From assembly GCF_006345805.1 (NCBI RefSeq), contig NW_021832671.1:1-37105 (forward strand): a stretch of DNA of 37,105 nucleotides, written 5' to 3'. The notes below the pieces were generated by a model. That model did no database searches. It saw only the letters and a list, made by a program, of their open reading frames with translations, and was not told where the DNA came from. How positions within the stretch are numbered: position 1 is the first letter of the stretch; every line of letters starts with the position of its first letter. Positions 10,401 to 21,435 of this stretch are shown one piece after another. This stretch comes from Octopus sinensis (lineage: Eukaryota). The translations under genes and the position numbers were made by a program.

Positions 10401-10813
10401 CTCATTATCCATACATTTCAACATGTTTCTCATTATCCTGAAGGCTTTAATGAGAAAGGCCAATGGAAATCCAATTAATCCATGAAACAATTAACGAAGG
10501 ACGCTGATTAATTTGTTTACTGCCCTTCCCTCTTCTTCTCTTTCTTCCTCCTCTTCTCTTTTTCTTCTTCTTCCTCCATACACACCTCTTCATTCTTTCC
10601 TTTCTCTACAAAATCCTGCGAGTCTGTGTGCATGCATGTATCGGTGCGGGCGGGCGGGCGTTTCTATATACGTGTGCACTTGTCTATATGTATTCACGTG
10701 TGACTCTTAGTGTGTTTGTGCCTGTGTTTGCTTTGTGGCTTTTTATGTGTGTTTTATTTAACGAGACAAAAGCCCAACGAAAACAATAAATATCATCCCA
10801 ATGTCGTATTTAA

Positions 10814-10972
10814 GACGACGAGATGGCGGAATCGTTAGCAGGCTGCACAAAATACTTCGCAGCGTTTCGTACGGCTTTATGTTCTGCGTTCAATTTCCGC
10901 CGAGGTCGACTTTGGGGTCGATGTAATCGACTAGACCACAAACTTCAGTCCTTGTACCTCTAGTAGAATGGA
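10814..10972 (+). mobile_element. SINE family A, internally deleted, third tail variant
   Basis: gccgaggtcgacttt is joined directly to ggggtcgatgtaatcgact; tail cttcagtccttgtacctctagtagaatggat. Confidence 0.8.
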
Positions 10973-10982
10973 TGTTAATAAA

Positions 10983-11387
10983 GTTGGCTGTGTGGTTAGT
11001 AGCTAGCTTACCAACTACATGGTTCCGTATTCAGTCCCACTGCGTGACACCTTGGGCAAGTGTCTTCTACAATAGCCTCGGGCCGACTAAAACCTTGTGA
11101 GTGGATTTGGTAGACGGAAACTGAAAGAAGCCCGTCGTATATATGTATATATGTATGCGTGTGTATGTTTGTGTGTCTGTGTTTGTCCCCCAACATCGCT
11201 TGACAACGGATGCTGGTGTGTTTACGTCCCCGTAACTTAGCGGTTCGGCAAAAGAGACTGATTGAATAACTACTAGGCTTACAAAGAATAAGTCCTGGGG
11301 TTGATTTGCTCGACTAAAGGCGGTGCTCCAGTATGGCCACAGTCACATGACTGAAACAAGTAAAAGAGTAAAATGAGTAAAAAGAGT
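10983..11387 (+). mobile_element. SINE family B, full length
   Basis: Head, accttgggcaagtgtctt, gtgagtggatttggtagacggaaactgaaagaagccc, internal (TA/TG) linker, (gtaaaaga)n tail. Confidence 0.95.
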
Positions 11388-12184
11388 TTAATAGACGGGA
11401 CGGGGGAGGTCTCGGTGCTCTCTCTCTCTCTTTCTCTTTCTCTCTCAGCTCATCTCTCTCATCTAGATATCAGCAACATTAATTCCAGCAATTCTGGCTG
11501 GAAGCCTCCGTTCTTCACTCCTCTAAATTAGATCGATTCTTCTTCTGGATTCCTTTAACCCACAATCATATTTCTTTGTGTAGAGAGGAAGATTATTTCA
11601 CTTCATCCGTTTCTAAAGTTATCTTCTTTGGTAACTATAATGTCAATTGTTCTTCTACGATTTCGCACTCCTACACCAATGCTACTTGCTCTGGAACAGA
11701 ATGTTTTGCCATCCTGGATTCCTTGCAACAATAACTATTATTCACAAGAATTTTGCTCGACACGCAGGCACTCCAAACAATTTTTAGCTTCCTTCTTTTT
11801 ACCTGTAAATGCGCCTGCGCGCGGAGTTTTAAAAAATTATAACATATAATGACGGGCACGTGTTCTTGTCTCTGAATTATAAGTTAGTTATTGAGGCCGG
11901 TTACTGACGAGAATTCGCCTGGTGGATAATATTGGCTTGCTAAATTACCCATTAAAGGATGGCAAATAATATTGTTTCCTAAAGAAATTTCGAAGTTATG
12001 GTATAACCGATAATAAATAACAAGGTAAAAGTTTTTATTTTTCAATTCTTTCGAAAATTGCTATTAAATCGTGGTTTTGGCCATGTTGGCTGCTATTTCT
12101 AGCATGTAAAAATTACCTATTAATGGGTAATTTTCTTTCGTGCTTAAATATACACTATTTTAAAATATTATATATATATATATA

Positions 12185-12680
12185 CTAGCAGTATCGCCCG
12201 GCGTTGCTCGGGTTTGTAAGGGAAATAACTATATAAGCATTTTTAGAGAGTTACTTCCCTTATAAATTCGGGCTTTCTTAGCCATTTTTGTTTTGGTGTC
12301 TTCAAGCCATGAAGTCGTTGTTCTAAAAGAACGCTGGTTTCCTTCACAACGCATTACGACGTTGATTTCTTTACACTCCCTTCCCCACAGCTTCATGAGG
12401 GAGGGAGGGGGAGGAGCAAACAGGTGCAGCTGTGAGCGTGGACGCCAACTCCGCCGCCATCGACATACGATGCATTTTATGCATTAAAATGGAATAAAAA
12501 ATGATGTTAAATTATTTTTAAAATCGTAGACTCATCGTTGACGCGCGCTAATAGTCAGACGGGCTCGATATGAATCACGACTATAAGATACCCGAATTTG
12601 GTTAAACTGCACCGCAAAATGTGGGAGGAGTTAGGAATCTAAATCGAAGGGGACAGACACTCACACAACTAGAGTTTTAT
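12185..12680 (-). mobile_element. Non-autonomous Helitron/Helentron-associated element (Lep1/DINE-like)
   Basis: Minus-strand 3' end is a cccg-agcaacgc-cggg hairpin, a short spacer, then CTAG|T at 12185-12188. The other end ggaggagtt...gacagaca...ctagagttttatata runs into (TA)n; the 5' TC is not resolvable. Confidence 0.7.
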
Positions 12681-12686
12681 ATATAT

Positions 12687-12758
<72 letters not shown>

Positions 12759-12886
12759 CAGCCGAAATTACTACGATGATCCGGTTCTTGACTGAAGACT
12801 GAGGGTTTCGAATGTCCTGTCCGTGTTTATTGTATCGTCTTCTAAGAGTTATACGTTCTTGTCCATGTTGTATTTTTCTACATACC

Positions 12887-12888
<2 letters not shown>
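12759..12888 (+). mobile_element. (TA)n-embedded short repeat, same family as 8272-8498 and 25434-25830
   Basis: cagccgaaattactacgatgatccggttcttgactgaagactgagggtttcgaatgtcc is shared with the other copies. Confidence 0.75.
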
Positions 12889-12927
<39 letters not shown>

Positions 12928-12928
<1 letters not shown>

Positions 12929-13286
12929 GTGGCACTCCGTCGAGGTGATCCGATCACCGGAATAGCCTGCTCGTGAAATTAACATGCAAGTGGCCGAGCA
13001 CTCCACAGACACGTGTACCCTTAACGTACTTCTCGGGGAGATTCGGCGTGACACAGTGTGATAATGCTGGACATTTGAAATTCAGGTACAGCAAAAGCAG
13101 GAAAAAAGAGTGAGAGACAGTTGTGGTGAAAGAATACAGCCGGGTTCGCCACCATCCCCTGCCGTAGCCTCGTGGAGCTTTAAGTGTTTTCGCTCAATAA
13201 AAACTCGCAACACCCGGTCTGAGAATCGAAACGGTGATCCTACGACCGCGAGTCCGCTGCCCTAACCACTTGGCCATTGCGTCTCC
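12928..13286 (-). mobile_element. SINE family C, full length, small deletion near the 3' end
   Basis: Homologous to 2704-3069; head cctaaccacttggccattgcgtctcc in reverse orientation. Confidence 0.92.
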
Positions 13287-13763
13287 ATTCCCCCACACAC
13301 ACATATATACATACACCAACACATACACCCAAGCACGCACGCACGCACACACACACACACACATATATTCACATACATAATACACATGCACACATAAAAT
13401 AGTTATGATTTTGTGATTGCCTACCTTGAGTGTTACTAGTGGATCGCCCCATAGGGGGCGTCATGAAACTAATTATATATTAAAAGATAATTAGTAAAGG
13501 AAACGAGTCTCCATCCCTATCTATTAAAACCACATCCACTGTCACGTAACACCGCTACGAGCACACTTACATCGCCTCCCAAATCTTCAAACCCGTCTTA
13601 TACACCGTACCAACCTTTTGCCCTCACAACACGATCCAAAATCTTGGCCAAGAATATTAAATAATTTTCATGCTGAGAAAAATCTCTTATTATTCGGACA
13701 GCTGGTCCGCTTCAATAAAGCTACGTGTGTAAGTGAATATCAATACCTATTTTTATGTATACA

Positions 13764-13764
<1 letters not shown>

Positions 13765-13804
<40 letters not shown>

Positions 13805-13828
13805 CTATCTATCTATCTATCTATCTAT

Positions 13829-13909
<81 letters not shown>

Positions 13910-13910
13910 G
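13765..13910. repeat. (TCTA)n plus (TA)n microsatellite
   Basis: Direct reading. Confidence 0.95.
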
Positions 13911-14037
13911 CAATTAAGGACAACTACTTAATAAGGAAAACTTAACAAGAAATTGTCAGGTAGATAGCGTGAAAACCTCATAAGAGAATAAATTTCGAAA
14001 ATAATTATTTCTTATTGAACATATTAATTTATATATA

Positions 14038-14193
14038 GAGGGCATTATACATACATGCCAGAGGGCATTATACATACATGCCACACGCTAAGAGGGACAA
14101 TTAGTCATTTCTACCAAAAATATTACTGTAATATTTTTGGTAGAAATGACTAATGTCCCTCTTAGCGTGTGGCATGTATGTATAATGCCCTCT
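14038..14193. repeat. Palindrome (about 66-bp arms, 1-nt centre) preceded by a 23-bp tandem duplication
   Basis: Arms 14060-14126 and 14128-14193 with one 1-nt bulge; gagggcattatacatacatgcca at 14038-14060 and 14061-14083; TA flanks. Confidence 0.92.
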
Positions 14194-14388
14194 ATATATA
14201 ATATATATATATATATATATTACATATTATAGCTAAACACACGTTCGCACACATAAACACACACACCGATATATTAACATACAAACCTATATATATATAT
14301 ATATATTATATATATATATATACCGGAGTAAACACATAAATGTGAAACAAGGTGGAAAAAAGAGTATTCAAATATCAGTGGTAGAGTA

Positions 14389-14556
14389 ATATGCTTTATT
14401 TAAAGCAGCAGAAAATTCAACAAAACCGGTTACTCTGAGTTTCCCGTTGCCGTTCATCGGACAGTTTTTTCTAACAAAAACTGTCCGATGAACGGCAACG
14501 GGAAACTCAGAGTAACAGGTTTTGTGGAATTTTCTGCTGCTTTAAATAAAGTATAT
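14389..14556. repeat. Inverted repeat (about 80-bp arms, 6-nt loop) containing a degenerate hammerhead motif
   Basis: Arms differ at about 3 positions; centre at 14470-14475. Confidence 0.92.
14481..14518 (+). ncRNA. Degenerate minimal type-I hammerhead ribozyme (mirror copy on the minus strand)
   Basis: ctgt-CCGATGA-acg[gcaa]cgg-GAAA-ctcagaGTA-acag; U4C in the core, stem II only 2 bp. Confidence 0.45.
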
Positions 14557-15169
14557 ATATATATACACATGCAAATATTCGTATCTCTGTATACGTGTCT
14601 ATGTTTAAGCGTATAGGCGAATATCTAATGTCTACATACATACGACATATGATTATATACGCAGGCATATTTGTACAAATCAATAAGTATATATTATATA
14701 TCTCTCATTCTTTATTTATCTTTCTTTGCTTATATATGTATGTGTATGCAAACATACGTATTTTTGCGTATGTTTGCATTATTATATACGTATATATGTG
14801 TGTATATACATACGTATATACACACATATATACGTATACAATTTATACGCACACACACACAATATAGATATTGCATGAATAAATGTGTGTATACTAACAG
14901 CTCCCACGTATATATTAATGAAAAAGCTAATACGTAAGGGGAAGACGGGAAAAATAAAATGAACTTAAAAGAACTCTCCCCCTCATCAGTTGTCGTTGAA
15001 TAGCATCACGATTTCGTCACCTTCCGACAAAATTGTTCAGTTTGGACGGCGTCAAAAACGTAAGCCAGAGGTTTGTAGACGAAGCGGTAAGATAGACGAA
15101 CGACGAGAGAAAATATAATGTAGGGGACAAGGAGAGTAACAGTAAAAAATTAGACTGTGGGACCGAACG

Positions 15170-15443
15170 GTAGATATTCTATCGGTGCCTTTTTGCCAAA
15201 CCGCTACATTATGGGGATATAGACAAAGTGGTGGTGGGGACAAATACACAAAAGCACACACGCACACGCAAACACAATATCTCATACCTACACTCACCTA
15301 CTCACACACAAGAAATCCACTGACAAGGCTTTGGTCGGCCCGAGGCTATAGTAGAAAACTCTTGCCCAAGGTGCCATGCAGCAGGACCGAACCCGGAACC
15401 ATGTGGTTGGGAAGCCAGCTTCTTATCACACTACCACGCTTGC
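15170..15443 (-). mobile_element. SINE family B, degenerate and partial
   Basis: gctttggtcggcccgaggctatagtagaa...gaacccggaaccatgtggttgggaagc. Confidence 0.85.
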
Positions 15444-15485
15444 AGCTATAAGTACAATATTACAACAATAATAATAATAATAATA

Positions 15486-15539
<54 letters not shown>

Positions 15540-15563
15540 TGATGATAATAATAATAATAATAA

Positions 15564-16114
15564 ATGCAGTACCAGGCAGTGGCTCTCATGGCTTCTGATC
15601 TTAACTGATTGGAAGTGTTATCATGTACATTGTTTTGTCTTGGTATAAAAGATGGGCTACAGCAAATATTCTGCTCAATACCACAGATTTGCTTGTCAGT
15701 TGTTTGACCTTAACCAGTTGAGCATGTCCCTTAGTGGCTGACGATATGTGCATCTCTGATCACGAGCAGAAGTAGTGGGGGAGCATCATAGCCATGTGTT
15801 GAGAGGGATTCTTTGGGGTTTGAATAGTTCACCTCTGGAAACATGGGTGGTTCTTTCAACATCCTTAAACAGCCCTTATTCAGGGACCGTTTGAGCGGGA
15901 TGGGCTACTCAATCTGAAGAAAATTCTAACTGGGCCCCACCTGCAAGGTCATGTGCTGTTTATCTTGATATGAGATCACCATGTCGCGCACATATGGTTG
16001 TGATGCATGTGCCTGGTGTACCTTTATCAGACGGGTAGTCATGATGGGTATATTGGGCTTCGTATATTTTACCCCAGTGTCACTTTGATGGCATGAACTG
16101 CTCTCTCACTCAAT
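15564..16114 (+). mobile_element. About 550-bp probable interspersed repeat (LINE 3' UTR-like) between two (AAT)n arrays
   Basis: Non-coding, CpG-poor block ending in an (AAT)n tail and set in (AAT)n. It is single-copy in this window; the repeat status is recalled from octopus sequence, not demonstrated here. Confidence 0.5.
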
Positions 16115-16115
16115 G

Positions 16116-16185
<70 letters not shown>

Positions 16186-16329
16186 CGCTGACGATAATGA
16201 CAGTGATATCGATATTAATAACAATGGATAATATCTTAAATCCCTGACCACTGCTTTAAAAACAGAATGGCGCTCGTGGCCCTTGTATCATCTGCTGAGC
16301 GACTTTTATGCTAGTATCAATGATAAAGA

Positions 16330-16468
16330 GTTGATGGTGATGATGATGATGAAGATGATATACTTCGATGACGAAAACGACGACGAAGACGATGGTTAAG
16401 ATGAAAATCGGAATGTGGAAAGAAGGTAAAAGCGATAATAGTAGTTACGGTGGTGATCCTGATAATGG

Positions 16469-16521
<53 letters not shown>

Positions 16522-16528
16522 GTGATAG

Positions 16529-16580
<52 letters not shown>

Positions 16581-16830
16581 AATGTTGATGATGATGAGGA
16601 GGATAATGATGATGTTGAGGATGATGATGATGATAACGACGACCAAAGTGAGAGCACAGCGGTGAGAAAGAAAAATGACGGCGATGAAGTTGTGAATACT
16701 GTTGGAAATTATTGATAATGATGATGATAATGTGGAGGACAATAAGTGGAGTCACTAGTGGTGGTGGTGGTGGTGATGATGATGATGGTGGTGATGACGA
16801 CTGTGATGATAATGCTGGTTATGATGACTA
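16330..16830. repeat. (GAT)n-rich low-complexity array
   Basis: Direct reading; source of the poly-D/M/H/S/I ORFs. Confidence 0.95.
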
Positions 16831-17163
16831 AATGAATGTTATTTCCAGAAGTTTAATGAAAATTACATTGCTCTCTAGTTTTCAATAATTAACCTCTCCT
16901 CCTCCCCATCATCACATCCTCTCTCTCTCTCATTGTTTCTCTCTCTTTCTCTCTCATCCCTCCTCTCTCTTTCGTATATCTCTCTCTCTCTCTCTCACCT
17001 GTTCCCAACTCTCAAATACCATTAGTTCCAGCCTTTGAGCTTTGTCATATATTCCAAAGAAAATCGGTGTAGCAATCGAATAGACGTGAAAATCACCTGC
17101 CATTTCCGCCATTCATAATATACACACATACATACATACATACATTCATACTTACATATATAC

Positions 17164-17204
<41 letters not shown>

Positions 17205-17229
17205 CATACATATATATATATATATATAA

Positions 17230-17270
<41 letters not shown>

Positions 17271-17275
17271 CATAC

Positions 17276-17325
<50 letters not shown>

Positions 17326-17360
17326 TATATATATATGTATGTATGTATATATATATATAT

Positions 17361-17391
<31 letters not shown>

Positions 17392-17510
17392 AACTATATG
17401 ATAATATATAATAATAAAAATATTTAATCTCCGATTTGAAGCGACAATTTTTAAATACATACAAATGACCGAAAAATGATGAGTGAACCCTTAGCAGAAT
17501 TGAACCCATA

Positions 17511-17550
<40 letters not shown>

Positions 17551-17552
<2 letters not shown>

Positions 17553-17745
17553 CGGTAAGGTTTACGAAAATAAACAAAAGGCGAAGGCAGGTGGAGTACA
17601 AACAAACAATGTATTAGTATGGCGCTCAGGAATAGAAATAGAACAAGTCTTTTACGTTTCGAGCCTACGCTCTTCGACAGAAAGATACACAGAAAAGAAA
17701 CAAGGAGAGAAAAAAATTGCGTGTAGGAGCTAATGATCCAACATA
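17551..17745 (-). mobile_element. Short PLE-terminus-like repeat in (TA)n, copy 1
   Basis: Homologous to 30745-30932; carries an HHR-like motif. Confidence 0.75.
17648..17685 (-). ncRNA. Minimal type-I hammerhead-like motif with variant core CUGUCGA
   Basis: tcttt-CTGTCGA-a-gagc[gtag]gctc-GAAA-c-GTA-aaaga; stems I and II pair perfectly; A6U substitution. Confidence 0.55.
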
Positions 17746-18120
17746 TATATAGTGCATATATTCAGATGGTTACACCCAGACCCGCACATATATATATATA
17801 AGCATATACCTGTGTGTCTATATATGTGTGTATGTGCGCGCGCGCCTGTCTGCTCGCGTACGTGTGTTTGCCTGTTAAAAAGACAATTGATCACATATGA
17901 ATGAAAATAAAATGATATTACGACGATAAATATCAATAATACATTTTCCTTTATTTTTCTCTAACAGTAAGAATTAAAAATGCGCAAAGCCGTTGCGTGT
18001 TCAATTGCCCGTACGACGTTTGTATGTGTGTGAGTGTGTGATAGAGAGAGAAGGAGAGGGATAGAGAGAAACTGACAGATAGATTCGGATACACACACAC
18101 ACACACGTCTATAATCTTAC

Positions 18121-18221
18121 AGTGGTCTGGGTACCTTGATTGTTTTTGCAGATTTGCAGACATCAGTCTGTCGTACACATACGAAAGAGTTTCCAGTTTA
18201 AGGATAACTTTCTGCATTCTT
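18121..18221 (-). CDS. Candidate 101-nt exon (RMQKVILKLETLSYVYDRLMSANLQKQSRYPDH), unverified
   Basis: ccatttattgtctcag acceptor, gtaaga donor, single open frame. An overlapping plus-strand candidate also exists. Confidence 0.15.
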
Positions 18222-18301
18222 CTGAGACAATAAATGGACAAACGGATACCGAAATAGCTGTGAGCATCGCCTCTTCTTTCCTACCTAAATTAAAAAAAAA
18301 C

Positions 18302-18702
18302 TATAATATTTATAGTAATAACAGCGTTTTGTTTATCTTTATGTTCTGTGTTCGAATCTCGCCGAGGTCGACTTTGCCTTTCATCCTTTCGGGGTCGATA
18401 AATAAAAGTACCAGTTTCGCACTGGGGTCGATGTAATCGACTTAATCCCTTTGTCTGTCCTTATTTTTCCTCTCTATGTTTAGCCCCTTGCGGGCAATAA
18501 AGAAATATATAATATTTATAGAAATAACAGTCTTTTGGTTATCTTTATGTTCTGTGTTCGAATCCCGCCGAGGTTGACTTTGACTTTCATCTTTTCGGGT
18601 TCGAAAGGCATTTTTAATAAATACTAGTCAAGAACACCGGGATCGATACAATCAATTTACCCCTCCCCCAATATTGCTGGCCTTGTTCCAGAATTGGAAA
18701 CC
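18302..18702 (+). mobile_element. Nested or tandem SINE A bodies with a 66-bp duplicated junction
   Basis: 18302-18367 is repeated at 18508-18573; the first body has the aaagaaat tail, the second, more decayed body has the ...ggaaacc tail. Confidence 0.8.
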
Positions 18703-18825
18703 AATGCTATCGTACTTCGTACAAACTTGCTAAGAAACCATCACCTCAAAACATCGCTACCACTAGCTTTTACTACCATAACAAATATGACTACTACTAC
18801 TATTACTATTATAAATATTAATACC

Positions 18826-18857
<32 letters not shown>

Positions 18858-19339
18858 ACCGCTGCTATTGGTGTTCTTGTTACCATCCCCACCGTCCCAG
18901 CTCTGAGGTAACTATTTAGTTTAGTGACACTGGATCTTCCACATCTCCATCATCTCTGCCAGCGCGATGACCCACCTCCAATTATGATACCTGAAGAAGA
19001 CAATTACAATAAGACAAGAAAGAAAGAAACAAGCACTAACCCCTCCCCCCACCACACACACACATGGATGCAGAAACCTAGACTCCTATGGAAAACAAAG
19101 ACAGAGTGCAATATGGAAAGGAAGCTGGAAAGAAGAAAGGGTGTGAGTGGTTGTGTTTAAAAGACAGGGGGGAAGAGAGGTGGGTGGGGGGGGGGCAATG
19201 GGAAATTAAGCGAAGCGGTCACCTCTGAGAAATGGCAATAAAAAACAAATTATGCGTGAGACATTATCATTTTGGTTTGTTGATGTTTTTGTCTGATGTG
19301 GCAAAGTTTTTAACACTGGGCTATCCTTTTGTTTTCTTT

Positions 19340-19600
19340 CCTTCTGTCTTTCCTTCTGTTTTCCTTCCTTTTCTACTTTCTTCCTTCCTTTCTTCTTTCC
19401 TTCTTTCTTTCTTCTTTCTTTTTTTCTTTTTTTCTTTCTTTTTTTCTTTCTTTCCTTTCTTTCTTTCCTTCTTTCTTTCCTTCTTTCTTTCCTTCTTTCT
19501 TTCCTTCTTTTCCTTTCTTCTTTCTCCTCTTCCTTCTTTCCTCCCTCCCTTCCTTCCTTCCTTCCTTCCTGCCTTCCTTCCTACCTACCTTTCTTCCTTC
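19340..19600. repeat. (CTTT)n/(CCTT)n polypyrimidine array
   Basis: Direct reading. Confidence 0.95.
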
Positions 19601-19701
19601 GGTTGACGAACGGAACTACCAAACCAAATTCTACAGATTTCTTCTGTAAGAGTAGTGAAAGGATTCAGAACCTTTCTACAATTAAGTAAATACATTTGGT
19701 C

Positions 19702-19880
19702 TTTCATCTTTTACTTGTTTCAGACTTTAGACTGCGGCCATGCTGGGGCACCACATTGAAGAAATTTTGTCGAACGAATGGACCCCAGTACTTCATTTGT
19801 TAAGCCTGGTACATGTTCTATCGGTGTCTTTTGCCGAACCATTGCCAAGCGCTGATGGGGGACGAACACAGGCACACGCA

Positions 19881-19913
<33 letters not shown>

Positions 19914-20131
19914 CACACACACACACACACACACACACTCTCTTTCTCTGTATAAATACACACACACGCGACGAGCTTCTTTCAGTTTCCGTCTACCAAA
20001 CCAAAGCTTCAATCGGTCTGGGGCTAGAGTGTATGACACCTACCCAAGAAGGTACCACGTAGTGGAACGTAACCCGGACCTATGCAATTAGAAAGCAAGA
20101 AGAAAAAAACGCCTCACAACCACGCCTGCCC
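19702..20131 (-). mobile_element. SINE family B, degenerate, expanded (CA)n linker
   Basis: cttttacttgtttcag...gcttctttcagtttccgtctaccaaa. Confidence 0.85.
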
Positions 20132-20344
20132 CTACACAGTCTTCGATAGCTGAAGAAGTTTAATGATAGAATGTTGAGTAAGAATTAGATACACTTAACT
20201 CCTTCATAGAATTAATTCAACGATTCAAAAATAAAAACACAGATTCTCACGCATGCACTCACACACACACACAAACACACACACACACAGACTGACACAC
20301 ACATACACGCACGCACACGTCCTTGTAGGTATGAGTTAACGATG

Positions 20345-20580
20345 GGCGGCGGGCTGGCAGAAACGTTAGTACGCCGGGCGAAATGCTTTGCGGTATTTCG
20401 TCTGCCGTTACGTTCTGAGTTCAAATTCCGCCGAGGTCGACTTTGCCTTTCGTCCTTTCGGGGTCGATAAAGTAAGTACCAGTTACGCACTGGGGTCGAT
20501 GTAATCGACTTAATCCGTGTGTCTGTCCTTGTTTGACTCCGCTGTGTTTAGCCCCTTGTGGGTAGTAAAGAAATAGGTAT
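20345..20580 (+). mobile_element. SINE family A, full length, 18-bp TSD
   Basis: taggtatgagttaacgat occurs immediately before the head and at 20574-20591. Confidence 0.95.
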
Positions 20581-21435
20581 GAGTTAACGATAAATATAAT
20601 TATTTAAAAAAAAACAATAGAAACGCAATAAAATGAATAAAGCAAAACAATGAGACAAAACAATGAGAGAGAACGGAAGACAGAAAGACAGACAGGTAGA
20701 CTTCTTTAGAATGAAACGTAACCCGCAGAACCGCTCTTGGTTTACAAGCTGCTTCTACGGTTCACACATGTCAGGTAAAAGAGAGAGAGAGAGAAAGAGA
20801 TAGAAAGAGAGGAAGAGTACAATATGATCGGCACCACACGTCAGCTTTGTGCCCTGTTGTCTAATCTTACCTGAAACCTCTCACTCGCACCCTCTCCCAC
20901 CGCCTCTTTCTATTCACTCGTCTTATCTCAATTATCTTCGTGTTCAGCCTTTCTACTCCTCCTACGTCTCTTATCTACAACTTGATCTGGAGTTATCTCT
21001 CGACAACTACATTTACACACACACACACACACACACATACACACACGCATTCACGTGTGTATGTATATCTCTGTATATGTGTGTGTAAGTGACGAGATAG
21101 TGCGTATTGTAGTTGCACACACAAAAGACAACCCTGAATGTATTCATAAAAAAAACTCGACTGATTGGCATAAAATCACAAAATGACTCGATCCTCAAAC
21201 CTCAGAGACGTGCCCTTCTCCCTCTATCGCTCCTCCTCTGGCCTTCTGCTCTTCGGAGCTGACTAGTTTCGTGCCATCTCCACTCAGGTACACACGACTC
21301 AATCGCGTCTGCTATTCCTAACTATATTGTGGCCAAGGACTCTACTAAGCCGCTCACTAGTCCACATTCCCAGTATTATATTCCCAAAACGACTGCCCCA
21401 CGATTATCCTTTCATTCTCATTTCACTTCTACAAT

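Noticed and set aside
11440-11860. Decayed coding fragment and NRF1-like gcgcctgcgc site
   Set aside because: All frames contain several stops and no family motif; a single 10-mer is insufficient to call a promoter.
16317-16755. Asp-rich, His-rich, Met-rich and Ser-rich ORFs
   Set aside because: All are frames of one (GAT)n array. An acidic protein cannot be supported without splice or homology evidence.
18144-18258. Plus-strand exon candidates (here, and 5165-5220, 266-279, 35723-35832)
   Set aside because: Splice-like signals with short open frames occur on both strands at about chance frequency, with no homology or consistent phase chain.
20869-20880. Recursive splice site (cag|gtaaga on the minus strand)
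   Set aside because: The upstream sequence on that strand is purine-rich, so there is no polypyrimidine tract.
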